Part shown: in pieces, positions 10,744-20,121 of the stretch
How positions within the stretch are numbered: the stretch's first letter is position 1
Layout of the letters: each line of letters begins with the position of its first letter
Origin: Alphaproteobacteria bacterium
GTDB lineage: Bacteria; Pseudomonadota; Alphaproteobacteria; UBA7887
Length of the DNA: 64,000 bases
NCBI GenBank assembly: GCA_965216755.1
Contig: CBDCGL010000011.1
Coordinates: 1,312,001 to 1,376,000 of the forward strand
Direction: 5' to 3'
Notes under the pieces: model-generated
Seen by the model: the letters and a program-made list of their open reading frames with translations, nothing else
Database searches by the model: none
What the model was told of the DNA's origin: nothing
Translations under genes and position numbers: made by a program

Positions 10744-11223
10744 ATGAGCGGATGGCAGTGGTTTTGGACGCTTGTGGGTTTTCTTGCCTACATCGCCATA
10801 GCGATTTTTCTGTATTTCTACGTGCCGTTCGCAGAACTTTTCAAGCTCATTGTTTATGGCATAACTTTTGACAACATAATCTTTTGGACTGCGTTGATCA
10901 CCGGAATCGTTGGGTTTTGTGCCTACCACTGGCGCGCCTATCGTGTGCATATCGTGCAACATGGCAATGTCGAGTCGATCGTTTTCGCATCACTTCGCGG
11001 CTCGACTTTCGTCGCGATCTTGTTGACCGCGGGCGCCGCATTGCAGGCCGTGCAAAGCCTTTGTATCAGCTTGTTGCGCCACGGCTATTCGGCGGACTCC
11101 GGCTTTGGCGGTCACTTGGCCGCAATTATCGCTTTGGTTCTGCTCACCGCTGTGTTCTGCATAATTTTTTGGCTGCTCAAGGTCGCGCGACCGGACAGCG
11201 CCCAGCGCCAACAAATCGGTTGA
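10744..11223 (+). CDS. Four-TM membrane protein, paralog of 24716..25243
   Basis: Shares DNIIFW, HW, AGAxLQA and FGG with 24716..25243. Confidence 0.72.
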   Translation: MSGWQWFWTLVGFLAYIAIAIFLYFYVPFAELFKLIVYGITFDNIIFWTALITGIVGFCAYHWRAYRVHIVQHGNVESIVFASLRGSTFVAILLTAGAALQAVQSLCISLLRHGYSADSGFGGHLAAIIALVLLTAVFCIIFWLLKVARPDSAQRQQIG

Positions 11224-11249
11224 CCGGACCCGGCTGGCTGCTTGGTCGC

Positions 11250-12734
11250 CTACTCAGCCGCCAACTTTCTCGAGGCGCCGTATCCACGCTCCGACGTTTG
11301 CCCCAGCACCCCTTGGGACGCGGCAGCTCGGGCCATCGGCTCGTATATACCGCCATAGGGCCCGCGCTTGACAAACGCACCATCACCAGGCCGGCCGACA
11401 TATTCGCCCCGGTCGATCACCACCTTGCCGCGGCTGATAACGGTTTCCGTTATCCCCCGCACCGGAAAGCCTTCGAAAGCATTATAGTCGATGTTCATAT
11501 GGTGGGTTTTGGCGTTGTAGTAGCTGATCGTTTCTTCTTGGTCGGGGTCGAAAATCACAATATCTGCATCGCTCCCCACCGCGATGGTCCCCTTTCTGGG
11601 GAACAAGCCGAATATCTTGGCGGGGCCGGTTGAGGTCAGTTCAACGAATTTGTTAAGCGAGATCCGTCCCTGATTGACTCCATAGTGATAGATCAAACTC
11701 ATCCGGTTTTCGATCCCCGGACCACCATTGGGAATCTTGCTGAAATCGTCTTTGCCAAGCTCCTTTTGCTCTTTCAAGCAAAACGGACAGTGATCGGTGG
11801 AGATAACGCTCAGATCACCGGTTCGCAGCCCGGACCACAGCTCATCCTGATTCCATTTTTCACGCAATGGCGGCGTCAGGACATATTTGGCGCCGTCAAA
11901 TCCAGGTTCGTCATATGCATCCACGTCCAAGAGCAAATATTGCGGACAGGTCTCGGCGTGCGCCATAACGCCCCGGGCTTGCGCGTCCCTGAGTTCCTTA
12001 AGTGAGTCGTAGGCGCTGAGATGCACGATATAGATCGGCGCCCGGGCAACTTCGGCAATGGCAAGGGCGCGGTGGGTGCCTTCGGCTTCAAGCCGCGTAG
12101 GCCGGGTGTAGGCGTGGTATTTGGGTTCGATATGACCCTCAGATAGGGCGATTTTCACGAGTTCATCGATGACAATGCCGTTTTCGGCATGCATGCACAC
12201 CAACGTGCCATCCTCTCCCGCCTTACGCATGGCCCGAAATATCGTCCCGTCGTCCGACAGCAGAACGCCAGGATATGCCATGAACAGCTTGTAACTGGTG
12301 ACGCCTTCGTCAGCGAGACGTCGCATCTCCGGCACGCGCTCGTTGGGCATGTCGGTAATGATCATGTGAAAGGCATAGTCGATCGCGGTCGTCCCAGCGG
12401 CTTTGGCGTGCCATTTGTCGAGGGTTTCTATGGTCGAGTGGCCTTTCGGCTGCATTGCAAAATCGATTATGCAGGTCGTACCGCCATAGGCTGCGGCGCG
12501 GGTACCCGTTTCGAACGTGTCGGAGGTTTCCGTGCCCCCGAACGGCATTTCCAGGTGTGTATGGGGGTCAACGCCACCCGGAAAGACAAGCTTGCCCGAG
12601 GCATCGATGATCCGATCTGCTTCAATCACGAGATCTTTGCCGATCAACGTGACCGTCGAATCGTTGATGAAGATGTCGGCGGTATAGTCATCGACCGCGG
12701 TTACCACGCGGCCGTTCTTTATCAACACGCTCAT
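11250..12734 (-). CDS. hydA: Dihydropyrimidinase / D-hydantoinase
   Basis: PGGVDPHTH, SYKLFMAY (carboxylated Lys), HAENG, YIVH, ETCPQYL, STDHCPF, IPNG. Confidence 0.94.
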   Translation of the reverse strand: MSVLIKNGRVVTAVDDYTADIFINDSTVTLIGKDLVIEADRIIDASGKLVFPGGVDPHTHLEMPFGGTETSDTFETGTRAAAYGGTTCIIDFAMQPKGHSTIETLDKWHAKAAGTTAIDYAFHMIITDMPNERVPEMRRLADEGVTSYKLFMAYPGVLLSDDGTIFRAMRKAGEDGTLVCMHAENGIVIDELVKIALSEGHIEPKYHAYTRPTRLEAEGTHRALAIAEVARAPIYIVHLSAYDSLKELRDAQARGVMAHAETCPQYLLLDVDAYDEPGFDGAKYVLTPPLREKWNQDELWSGLRTGDLSVISTDHCPFCLKEQKELGKDDFSKIPNGGPGIENRMSLIYHYGVNQGRISLNKFVELTSTGPAKIFGLFPRKGTIAVGSDADIVIFDPDQEETISYYNAKTHHMNIDYNAFEGFPVRGITETVISRGKVVIDRGEYVGRPGDGAFVKRGPYGGIYEPMARAAASQGVLGQTSERGYGASRKLAAE

Positions 12735-12910
12735 CGTGGCCTCCGCCTAGGGCTTTTGGGTTCAAATACAGCCGCCTGCATTGTAGTATCAGAATCTGAA
12801 TGGGTGAAGAAAGCGAATGTGCTGAGGCACGCTAGTAAGATCGCATATGGCCACGTGGGTCTAGATCTACGTGTGCAAAGATCGAAAACCCGGGAGGATG
12901 GAGGAACGCG

Positions 12911-14200
12911 ATGCCGGCCAAGAGTTCAAGTCCGTCAGCAAAGAAAACCAACGCTGGAGTGACACGCCGCCGCTTTATGGGAACCACAGCCGGCGCTGTC
13001 GCTGCAGCTACGACAATCAGTGGGTTTCCCTATATCGCGCGCGCGCAAGATCCTCTGCGCACGGTTGGTTTGGGTGTAAGCGTCATCAACGAGATTCAAG
13101 GGCAAGCGTCGAGCGATCTTGGCATGGACGTGCGCGGGCAGGCCCTCGGCTATGGCGCGATGTTCGGTAAGATGCTGAACCAAAACGATCAATACGAGAT
13201 CGCCGAAGGCTACTTCAATGACATGGATGTGTTTATTCCGGCGAAAGTTTGGCAGCCGATTGACACGACGCGGATAACCGAATGGGACAAAGTCAGCGAT
13301 CTGAGCAAGACGGGGCGTCTCACTCCAGATTCGAATCCGGGACAAGGCGATGCACCGTTTCGCCACCTGTGGCTGGATGAGAATGGCGACCGGGTCGAAG
13401 GTCCATCGCGTTACATTTCCATGGTGCCCGGTTGGCACAACGCAGACTCGATCGGCTACAACCCAGACGATACGGGGCGCAAAATCGAAAGCTGGGCAGA
13501 ACTGTTCAGTGAGGATTTTGCCGGTGCCGTCGCGCTGTTGAACGTGCCGCAAATTGGCGTCATGGACGCCGCCATGGGAATTGAAGCTTTGGGTCTGCGC
13601 ACTTTTGGCGACAAGGGCAACATGAACCGCGAGGAAATCGACTTCCTGATTGATTTCTTGATCGAGAAGAAAAACGAGGGGCACTTCCGCGCGTTTTGGG
13701 AGACCTTCGGGCAATCGGTCAATCTGATGGTTAGCGGTGAAGTGGTGTTGGAAAGCATGTGGTCGCCCGCTGTCACCGCCGTCAAAGCAGAAGGCGTACG
13801 ATGCGTGTACGCCTCGCCAAAGGAAGGCATGCGCGGTTGGCACGGCGGCTTGGCCATTTCCGCCCAAGTCACCGGCGCGGCCTTGGATCGGGCGTACGAA
13901 TATATCAACTGGTGGCTGTCGGGATGGCCCGGCGCTTTCGTAGCCCGCCAAGGCTACTACATGTCGGTGCCCGACAATGTGAAAGCACATCTGGAACCAG
14001 AGGAATGGGATTTTTGGTATCTCGGCAAACCTGCCGCGAAAGAACTACCCGATCCTTTCGGCACGATCATTGTCGAAGAAGGTGAAATTCGCGACGGCGG
14101 GTCGTATGAAGAACGGTTCCGCAATATTGCGGTGTGGAACTCGCTGATGGAAGAGAACGACTATCTGGTCAAACGCTGGACAGAGTTCCTTAGCGCTTAG
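12911..14200 (+). CDS. Tat-exported PotD/PotF-like ABC substrate-binding protein
   Basis: TRRRFM Tat motif; NADSIGY, ESMWSPAV, PKEGMRGW, AYEYINW; precedes two permeases. Confidence 0.88.
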   Translation: MPAKSSSPSAKKTNAGVTRRRFMGTTAGAVAAATTISGFPYIARAQDPLRTVGLGVSVINEIQGQASSDLGMDVRGQALGYGAMFGKMLNQNDQYEIAEGYFNDMDVFIPAKVWQPIDTTRITEWDKVSDLSKTGRLTPDSNPGQGDAPFRHLWLDENGDRVEGPSRYISMVPGWHNADSIGYNPDDTGRKIESWAELFSEDFAGAVALLNVPQIGVMDAAMGIEALGLRTFGDKGNMNREEIDFLIDFLIEKKNEGHFRAFWETFGQSVNLMVSGEVVLESMWSPAVTAVKAEGVRCVYASPKEGMRGWHGGLAISAQVTGAALDRAYEYINWWLSGWPGAFVARQGYYMSVPDNVKAHLEPEEWDFWYLGKPAAKELPDPFGTIIVEEGEIRDGGSYEERFRNIAVWNSLMEENDYLVKRWTEFLSA

Positions 14201-14226
14201 CCTTGAAACCAATGTTGAGACTGTAC

Positions 14227-14253
14227 ACGGGCGGGGCCAATGGCTCCGCCCGT
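14227..14253 (+). other. Intergenic stem-loop between the binding-protein and permease genes (mRNA stabiliser or partial terminator)
   Basis: ACGGGCGGGGCCA-A-TGGCTCCGCCCGT inverted repeat. Confidence 0.5.
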
Positions 14254-14258
14254 CTTGC

Positions 14259-15242
14259 ATGATGGCGCAGGTCGAAAATATTCAGCATCCGGGTTTGATC
14301 GGTACCCAACCGCAGGCGCCTGAGCAGGCGATCCGACGCAAACAGATTCGGCGAGAAACTGGCTTCCCAACCGGCTGGCTTATTGCGCCTGCAACGCTGT
14401 GGCTTATCATTTTTTTGGTCATTCCCTTAGTCAGTATTATCGTCTTCAGTTTCTGGACCAGTACGGGCCACGGCATGGTACCGGAACTGACTCTTCAGCA
14501 TTACTACGATTTCTTCGTTGCCGAGGGGTTCTTCGATCCGGAAGCACGACAATTTCTTACACCATCCGTTTTCATTCGCACCCTGTGGGAGACCTTCCGG
14601 TTTACAGCCGAAGTGATGATCTTATGTCTGATTGTTGGCTATCCAATTGCATACTTTTTATCTATGCAGGTGCAGTCCTTTAAATGGCAAATGGCGTTGT
14701 TTTTGCTCGCCATGGTGCCGTTTTGGACAAGCTATCTGATCCGCGCGGTTGCATGGCTACCCATGCTGGGACGGCGCGGATTGCTCAACCAAGCTCTGGT
14801 CAATATCGGCATTCTCGATAAGCCGGCCACGTTCCTGCTCTATTCGGAATTCGGCTACACCATGGCGCTGGTGCAGCTCTATGTCGTGTTGTCCGTTGGA
14901 CCGATTTTCTTTTCACTGGCGAAGATCGACAAGAGCATACTGGAAGCCGCGCGCGATATGGGCGCGACGCCATTTCAGATCTTTCGTGAAATTATCGGGC
15001 CGCTGTCGCTGCCGGGTGTCGCAATCGGCATGATATTCATTTTTGTCATGTTGATGGGTGAGTTTGCCACGGCTGTGGTCGTCTATGGCGGCAAGACATC
15101 GACCACTGGCACGGTGATCCTCAACTATTATGCCATTGCCAACTATCCGTTTGCCGCAGTCAATGCCCTGATGCTGATGCTGGCGATGATGATGGGCGTG
15201 GTCATTATCCTGAAACTGGTCAATATTCGAAAAGAACTCTAA
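14259..15242 (+). CDS. ABC transporter permease (PotB-like)
   Basis: PFWTSYLIR, EAARDMGA (EAA loop). Confidence 0.92.
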   Translation: MMAQVENIQHPGLIGTQPQAPEQAIRRKQIRRETGFPTGWLIAPATLWLIIFLVIPLVSIIVFSFWTSTGHGMVPELTLQHYYDFFVAEGFFDPEARQFLTPSVFIRTLWETFRFTAEVMILCLIVGYPIAYFLSMQVQSFKWQMALFLLAMVPFWTSYLIRAVAWLPMLGRRGLLNQALVNIGILDKPATFLLYSEFGYTMALVQLYVVLSVGPIFFSLAKIDKSILEAARDMGATPFQIFREIIGPLSLPGVAIGMIFIFVMLMGEFATAVVVYGGKTSTTGTVILNYYAIANYPFAAVNALMLMLAMMMGVVIILKLVNIRKEL

Positions 15243-15252
15243 GGCGCGGACC

Positions 15253-16080
15253 ATGGCGAGATGGACGGCGGAACGGCGGCGCAAATTGGCGGTGAAGACG
15301 GGCTTCAGCGCTTATTACGTAATTTTTCTGTTGTTCATCTATGGCCCGATGATCGCCATGTTCATCTTGTCATTCCAAGGTGAACGTGGTGGCACCAGCT
15401 TCCCGATGCGTGGTACCAGTTTCCATTGGTGGCGCAAATTGATCGAGCCATCTACTGTCGGTGATCTACAAGGCGCGATGGGACGATCCTTGATATTGGC
15501 GTTGATCGTCATGGTGATCACCGCCCTGTTTGCTACCATGTTGGCGATGGCGTTTCGTAAGCGTTTCATCGGTTCGGGCGCGTTGTTTTATACGGTCCTC
15601 GCCGGTCTGATGATGCCGGGAATCCTGCTGAGCCTGGGCATGGCAACCTTCCTGAAACAGATCGGCATTCAGCCAGCCTGGTGGTCTTCGGGTCTGGGCG
15701 TGCATGTCGTCTGGACCCTGCCCTTTGGATTCTTGGTGATGATGGCGGTGTTCAATCGCTTTGATGCGACCCTCGAAGAAGCCGCGCGCGACATGGGTGC
15801 CGACGAGTGGACCGTGTTTAAGGAGATTACGCTGCCCTTGGTAACGCCTGGTATCGTCGCGGCAGGCTTGTTTGGTTTTACGCTATCTTACGACGAGTTT
15901 GCCCGCACAACGCTGTTGGCGGGTGAGTTCAACACCCTGCCACTCGATATCAATGCTTCGATGACACAACGAATCCGACCGACTCTTTTTGCCCTCGGCA
16001 CAGCTTCGACCTTGTTCTCGTTGGGAATGATCGGCCTATTCCTGATGGTCTATACGATACTCTACCGCCGATCTCACTAA
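15253..16080 (+). CDS. ABC transporter permease (PotC-like)
   Basis: LEEAARDMGA, FTLSYDEF, TLPL. Confidence 0.92.
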   Translation: MARWTAERRRKLAVKTGFSAYYVIFLLFIYGPMIAMFILSFQGERGGTSFPMRGTSFHWWRKLIEPSTVGDLQGAMGRSLILALIVMVITALFATMLAMAFRKRFIGSGALFYTVLAGLMMPGILLSLGMATFLKQIGIQPAWWSSGLGVHVVWTLPFGFLVMMAVFNRFDATLEEAARDMGADEWTVFKEITLPLVTPGIVAAGLFGFTLSYDEFARTTLLAGEFNTLPLDINASMTQRIRPTLFALGTASTLFSLGMIGLFLMVYTILYRRSH

Positions 16081-16097
16081 GAGGCGGTGCGGACGAC

Positions 16098-17186
16098 TCA
16101 TATCTGTTCCAGCAACGCCGCCGATTCCACCGACCAACAGATGGTCTCGACCTCGCCCAGGTCATAAACGCGGTCTGAGACGTTGCGGTGCTGTTCCACA
16201 TGTACATAGTGGTTTGGCGCCACTTCGAATACGTCGGTTTCGAGCGACCCCTTGAATTCCGTTGTCACGAATCGACCGGTGACGCTGTTCGCCATATCGC
16301 GCTGGGTGCCGGTGTGCATCAAATCCGCGCGAACCGAAAAATGCGCCCGATCGCCGATCGGCACATGGCGCACATCGGGCGGAACAGTGACATAGTACAG
16401 ATGTTCCCCTGACTCGACAAAGACGACGCTGCCGCTGCGGGATCGAATGATCCCTTCGAAGAGATTGTTATTGCCAATGAACTCGGCGACGAACTTGGTG
16501 CGTGGCCGTTCATAGATTTCTCGCGAGGTGCCGGTCTGTTGGATCCTGGCATCACTCATGACTATGACTTTGTCAGCCATTGACATGGCTTCTTCCTGGG
16601 AATGCGTGACCATGATGAAAGTCATATTGAGCTCGCGTTGAATGCGCTTGAGCTCGTAAATCATGGTATGCCGAAGGTTATAGTCCAGCGCCCCTAGCGG
16701 TTCGTCGAGCAAAAGGACCGTGGGCCGGCTAATGAGCGCGCGCGCAAGTGCGACACGTTGTTGTTGACCACCGCTCAAGTCATGTGGGCGACGGGTCGCC
16801 AACGGATCCAAACCAACCATTTCCAACATGTCCCAAACTGGCTTGGCGCGCTCGTCCTTTGATTGCCCCTGCATTTTGAGACTGAACTCGACGTTCTGAA
16901 AAACCGTGCGGTGCGGAAATAAGGCAAAGCTTTGAAACATCATCGAGGTATCGCGGTGCGACGGCGGCAAATCCGTAACATCCTGACCTGATATGATAAT
17001 TCGGCCGGCAGTGACTTCTTCTAGGCCACCGATCATGCGCAAGGTCGTCGTTTTTCCGCAGCCCGACGGTCCCAGCATGGCGACAAACTCGCCATGCGCG
17101 ATCTCGGCATTGAAATCAATGACCGCCCTAACGTGGCCATCAAACGTCTTGTCGACGCCCTCTAGAATGACATCGTAGTCGGCCAT
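16098..17186 (-). CDS. ABC transporter ATP-binding protein (PotA-like, TOBE-type C-terminus)
   Basis: GPSGCGKTT, LSGGQQQR, LLLDEP, VTHSQEEA. Confidence 0.94.
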   Translation of the reverse strand: MADYDVILEGVDKTFDGHVRAVIDFNAEIAHGEFVAMLGPSGCGKTTTLRMIGGLEEVTAGRIIISGQDVTDLPPSHRDTSMMFQSFALFPHRTVFQNVEFSLKMQGQSKDERAKPVWDMLEMVGLDPLATRRPHDLSGGQQQRVALARALISRPTVLLLDEPLGALDYNLRHTMIYELKRIQRELNMTFIMVTHSQEEAMSMADKVIVMSDARIQQTGTSREIYERPRTKFVAEFIGNNNLFEGIIRSRSGSVVFVESGEHLYYVTVPPDVRHVPIGDRAHFSVRADLMHTGTQRDMANSVTGRFVTTEFKGSLETDVFEVAPNHYVHVEQHRNVSDRVYDLGEVETICWSVESAALLEQI

Positions 17187-17195
17187 GCCTCGCGC

Positions 17196-20021
17196 TTATT
17201 GACGCAACCTTGCCAGTGTTTGGATCAACTCCCAAACGCGCTCGAAAGTCACGTCTTCAAAGCCGCCTTGGCGTTCGAGATCGCGTAACAATCCAACCGC
17301 GCGAACCTGCGCTTGGTTGTCGCCGGCCTCGGCCTCAAGCGCACTGAGCGCCTGGGCAAACGGCACATCGCGCGCTTCCGAAGTTGCCAACGCCCTGCCA
17401 ACCAGCACGTCAAGGTTCTCAAACGCTTGGCGTAGAGAGTTCGGGTCGTGCGGCTGGCCGAGCAGTCCGCGAATACCATTTGCGGTGAATCTATCTCGCA
17501 ACCCATCCGGCAATGACTGGCCGAACCCCTCCAAGGCCTCGCCCAGACCGAAGCCCGACGTGAACAAGCCGCGGATCGTGTCGATCGTACCACCTGAACC
17601 ATTCTCACCGCCGAACATACGGATCTGCGCCCCACTCAGCGCCGAGCCCATGGCCTTCGCTTGATCAATATGCACATCGCGTTCGGCCTCGATGAACATC
17701 TTGGCCAGTTCGAGGAAGGTCGCGGCTTCGTTGTACTTCTTGAGCGCGCTCGCTTTGGCATCAAGGCCAGCGGCTTCGGCCTCAAGCATGCGCTGCGTGT
17801 TTTCAACACGTAGCGTTTCGATTTCCATCTCGGCGCGGCCCTTGGCGCCCGCTTCACGTTCCATGCCTTCGGCGGCAATTTTCTGGGCGTCACTGTTTGC
17901 ACGTGCGCGCATAAGTGTCGCCGCCGCCTCGCGTTCGGCCGCATCTTTGCGCGCATCGGATTGCGTAACCATGTGCATGCGCGTGATTTCGGCCTTCGAT
18001 TCCTCCTCAATGCGCCGCGCCGCGGCTTCCTTTTCGGCCGCAAGTCGTTCGACCTCTTTGGCACGCTTGGCGTCTGCAACGACCCGAACGGAATCGACAT
18101 TGTGTTCCGCTTGCTCTTTCGCGGCGGTCGTCTCCAGACGCGTAACCTCCACGGCCTCAAGCTCCTGCGTCTTCTGCACAAGCGCGATTTCGCGTTGTCG
18201 CTCCTCTAACTCGCGCGCCAGGAAACGCTGAATGTCCACTTTCTCGCGCTCTTGTTCTTTTTGGATGATCGCGATTTCGCGCTCGCGTTCCTCAAGCTCC
18301 ACGGTCTTGGCTTGGCGCACCTCTGCCCGCCGCAGCTCTTCGTCCTTCGCCACCAAGGCAATCGCGCGATCGCGTTCTTCCTGTTCACGGGCAAGCGCGC
18401 GGCGGACTTCGACCCGTTCCAGCTCCTCCGTCTTGGCAACCAGCGCGATTTCGCGGTCGCGTTCCTCCTGCTCACGTGCCAGCGCACGGCGCACCTCGGC
18501 TGCTTCGCGCACCTTCATTTCCTCGGCCACGGAGGCCTTTTTTTGGATTCGCGCGCGTTCAACCGCCAGTTCTTTCTCGATTTCCGTTTCCTGAACCTGC
18601 CAACGTTGATCCAAAATAAAGCGTTGCTTCTCTGCCAATATTCGCGCGCGTTCATCAGAGATTTCGCGCTCATGCTGAGCCGTCGCCAAGGCATCGTCCT
18701 TTTCGACGTTCAACGCGATTAGGCGGGTTTCCAAGCCGCGTTTGCGCATGGCAATCGCCGCCTCTTCTGTCGCCTTATGGCGTTCGTCGCGAGCGATCTC
18801 CTCTGCCGACATGACGGCTGTGACCCGTTGGATATCTGCTTGCTGCCGCTCCTGCTCCTTGGCGGTCAGCTCGATCTGGCGCTCCTTTTCGGCCCTTTCG
18901 CGTGACAAGGCGCGGCCGATTTCAGCGAGTTCTTCCTGTTCCGACTTGGTAATCAACTCAATCTCGCGATCCTTCTCTGCCTTTTCCAGAGCGAGACGAC
19001 GCTCGATATCGGCAAGCTCTTCTTCCTTCGCCTTAGCAATCAACGCAATTTCCTTCTCGCGCCTCTCAGCTTCTAATGCGAGATCCTTCCGAATTTCAGA
19101 TGCTTCTCGTTTCTGCGCCTCCTCTGTAATTGCGATCTCGCGGCCGGTGCGCAGCTGCTCTAGTTCCTTGTCGTTCTCGATCTCGCGCTGTTCAACCGCC
19201 ATACGCTGATCAAGGACGTAGATCTGCTTTTCGCCGAGCCGCAAAGCTTGTTCGTTTGAGACGTCCTTATCTTGAGACGCGCGCGCAAATGCCTCCTGGC
19301 GTTCGATTTCCAAGAGCTCGAGCTGGGTATCCAAGTCCTTCTGGCGAATTGCAACCGTGGTCCGCTTTTCGGTTTCGTGCACTTTCTTGCGGGCGTCCGA
19401 CGTGATTGCCGTAATGATCTTCAAACCTTCTGCGTCAAAGACATTGTCGGTCTTGAAATGGTCTTTGCCGGTCTGTTCCAAAGTCACGATCGTCACCTCT
19501 TCCAGCGACAGACCGTTGGCTTGGAAACTGGAAATCACGCTTTCCTTGACAGCTTGGGCGAAGGATTCTCGGTTCTCGTGCAATTCGTTCAGGGTCTTGG
19601 TGGCGGCGTAGCTACGAACGGCGCTGACCACTTTTGCCTCAAGCAAATTCCGAACTTTGTCGGGGTCGAACGTCTTGTCGCCCAGGCTTCGGCTGGCAGT
19701 CAAAACGTCGTCGACCGTGCGGCCGACATGCGCATAGAGTTCGGCGACAATATCAATGCGGATTTTGTCCGACGTGAGGACGGCTTGGTCGCGCGCACGA
19801 CTGACGATCAGCTTGATCGTTTCCAGCGATACCCAGGTTACGTCATGAAAAACAGGAAGAACGACCGCGCCCTGCCCAATGCACACTTTTGTTCCCAGAA
19901 ATCCCGTTCGAATGAAGGCGAGGTTCGCTGGCGCGCGCTTGTAGACCCATATCGACAACACATAGACAATCGCTATGACAACGATGATTGACAGTATTAT
20001 TGTTAGCCAGAGTTCAAGCAT
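17196..20021 (-). CDS. Flotillin/SPFH-domain protein with a greatly extended coiled coil (941 aa)
   Basis: N-terminal TM, AFIRTG...VLPVFH, SPFH core, NVFDAEGL flotillin motif; E/R/A-rich region with 29-aa repeats. Confidence 0.87.
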   Translation of the reverse strand: MLELWLTIILSIIVVIAIVYVLSIWVYKRAPANLAFIRTGFLGTKVCIGQGAVVLPVFHDVTWVSLETIKLIVSRARDQAVLTSDKIRIDIVAELYAHVGRTVDDVLTASRSLGDKTFDPDKVRNLLEAKVVSAVRSYAATKTLNELHENRESFAQAVKESVISSFQANGLSLEEVTIVTLEQTGKDHFKTDNVFDAEGLKIITAITSDARKKVHETEKRTTVAIRQKDLDTQLELLEIERQEAFARASQDKDVSNEQALRLGEKQIYVLDQRMAVEQREIENDKELEQLRTGREIAITEEAQKREASEIRKDLALEAERREKEIALIAKAKEEELADIERRLALEKAEKDREIELITKSEQEELAEIGRALSRERAEKERQIELTAKEQERQQADIQRVTAVMSAEEIARDERHKATEEAAIAMRKRGLETRLIALNVEKDDALATAQHEREISDERARILAEKQRFILDQRWQVQETEIEKELAVERARIQKKASVAEEMKVREAAEVRRALAREQEERDREIALVAKTEELERVEVRRALAREQEERDRAIALVAKDEELRRAEVRQAKTVELEEREREIAIIQKEQEREKVDIQRFLARELEERQREIALVQKTQELEAVEVTRLETTAAKEQAEHNVDSVRVVADAKRAKEVERLAAEKEAAARRIEEESKAEITRMHMVTQSDARKDAAEREAAATLMRARANSDAQKIAAEGMEREAGAKGRAEMEIETLRVENTQRMLEAEAAGLDAKASALKKYNEAATFLELAKMFIEAERDVHIDQAKAMGSALSGAQIRMFGGENGSGGTIDTIRGLFTSGFGLGEALEGFGQSLPDGLRDRFTANGIRGLLGQPHDPNSLRQAFENLDVLVGRALATSEARDVPFAQALSALEAEAGDNQAQVRAVGLLRDLERQGGFEDVTFERVWELIQTLARLRQ

Positions 20022-20121
20022 CTCTTGACCACCTCGTTACCGGCAAGGTTTCCACGCCCTTTGGTCTTCAGCGCACCAGAGGTGCGCGCGGGCGGTTTCC
20101 CACCGTATTTCCTCTCCACGC

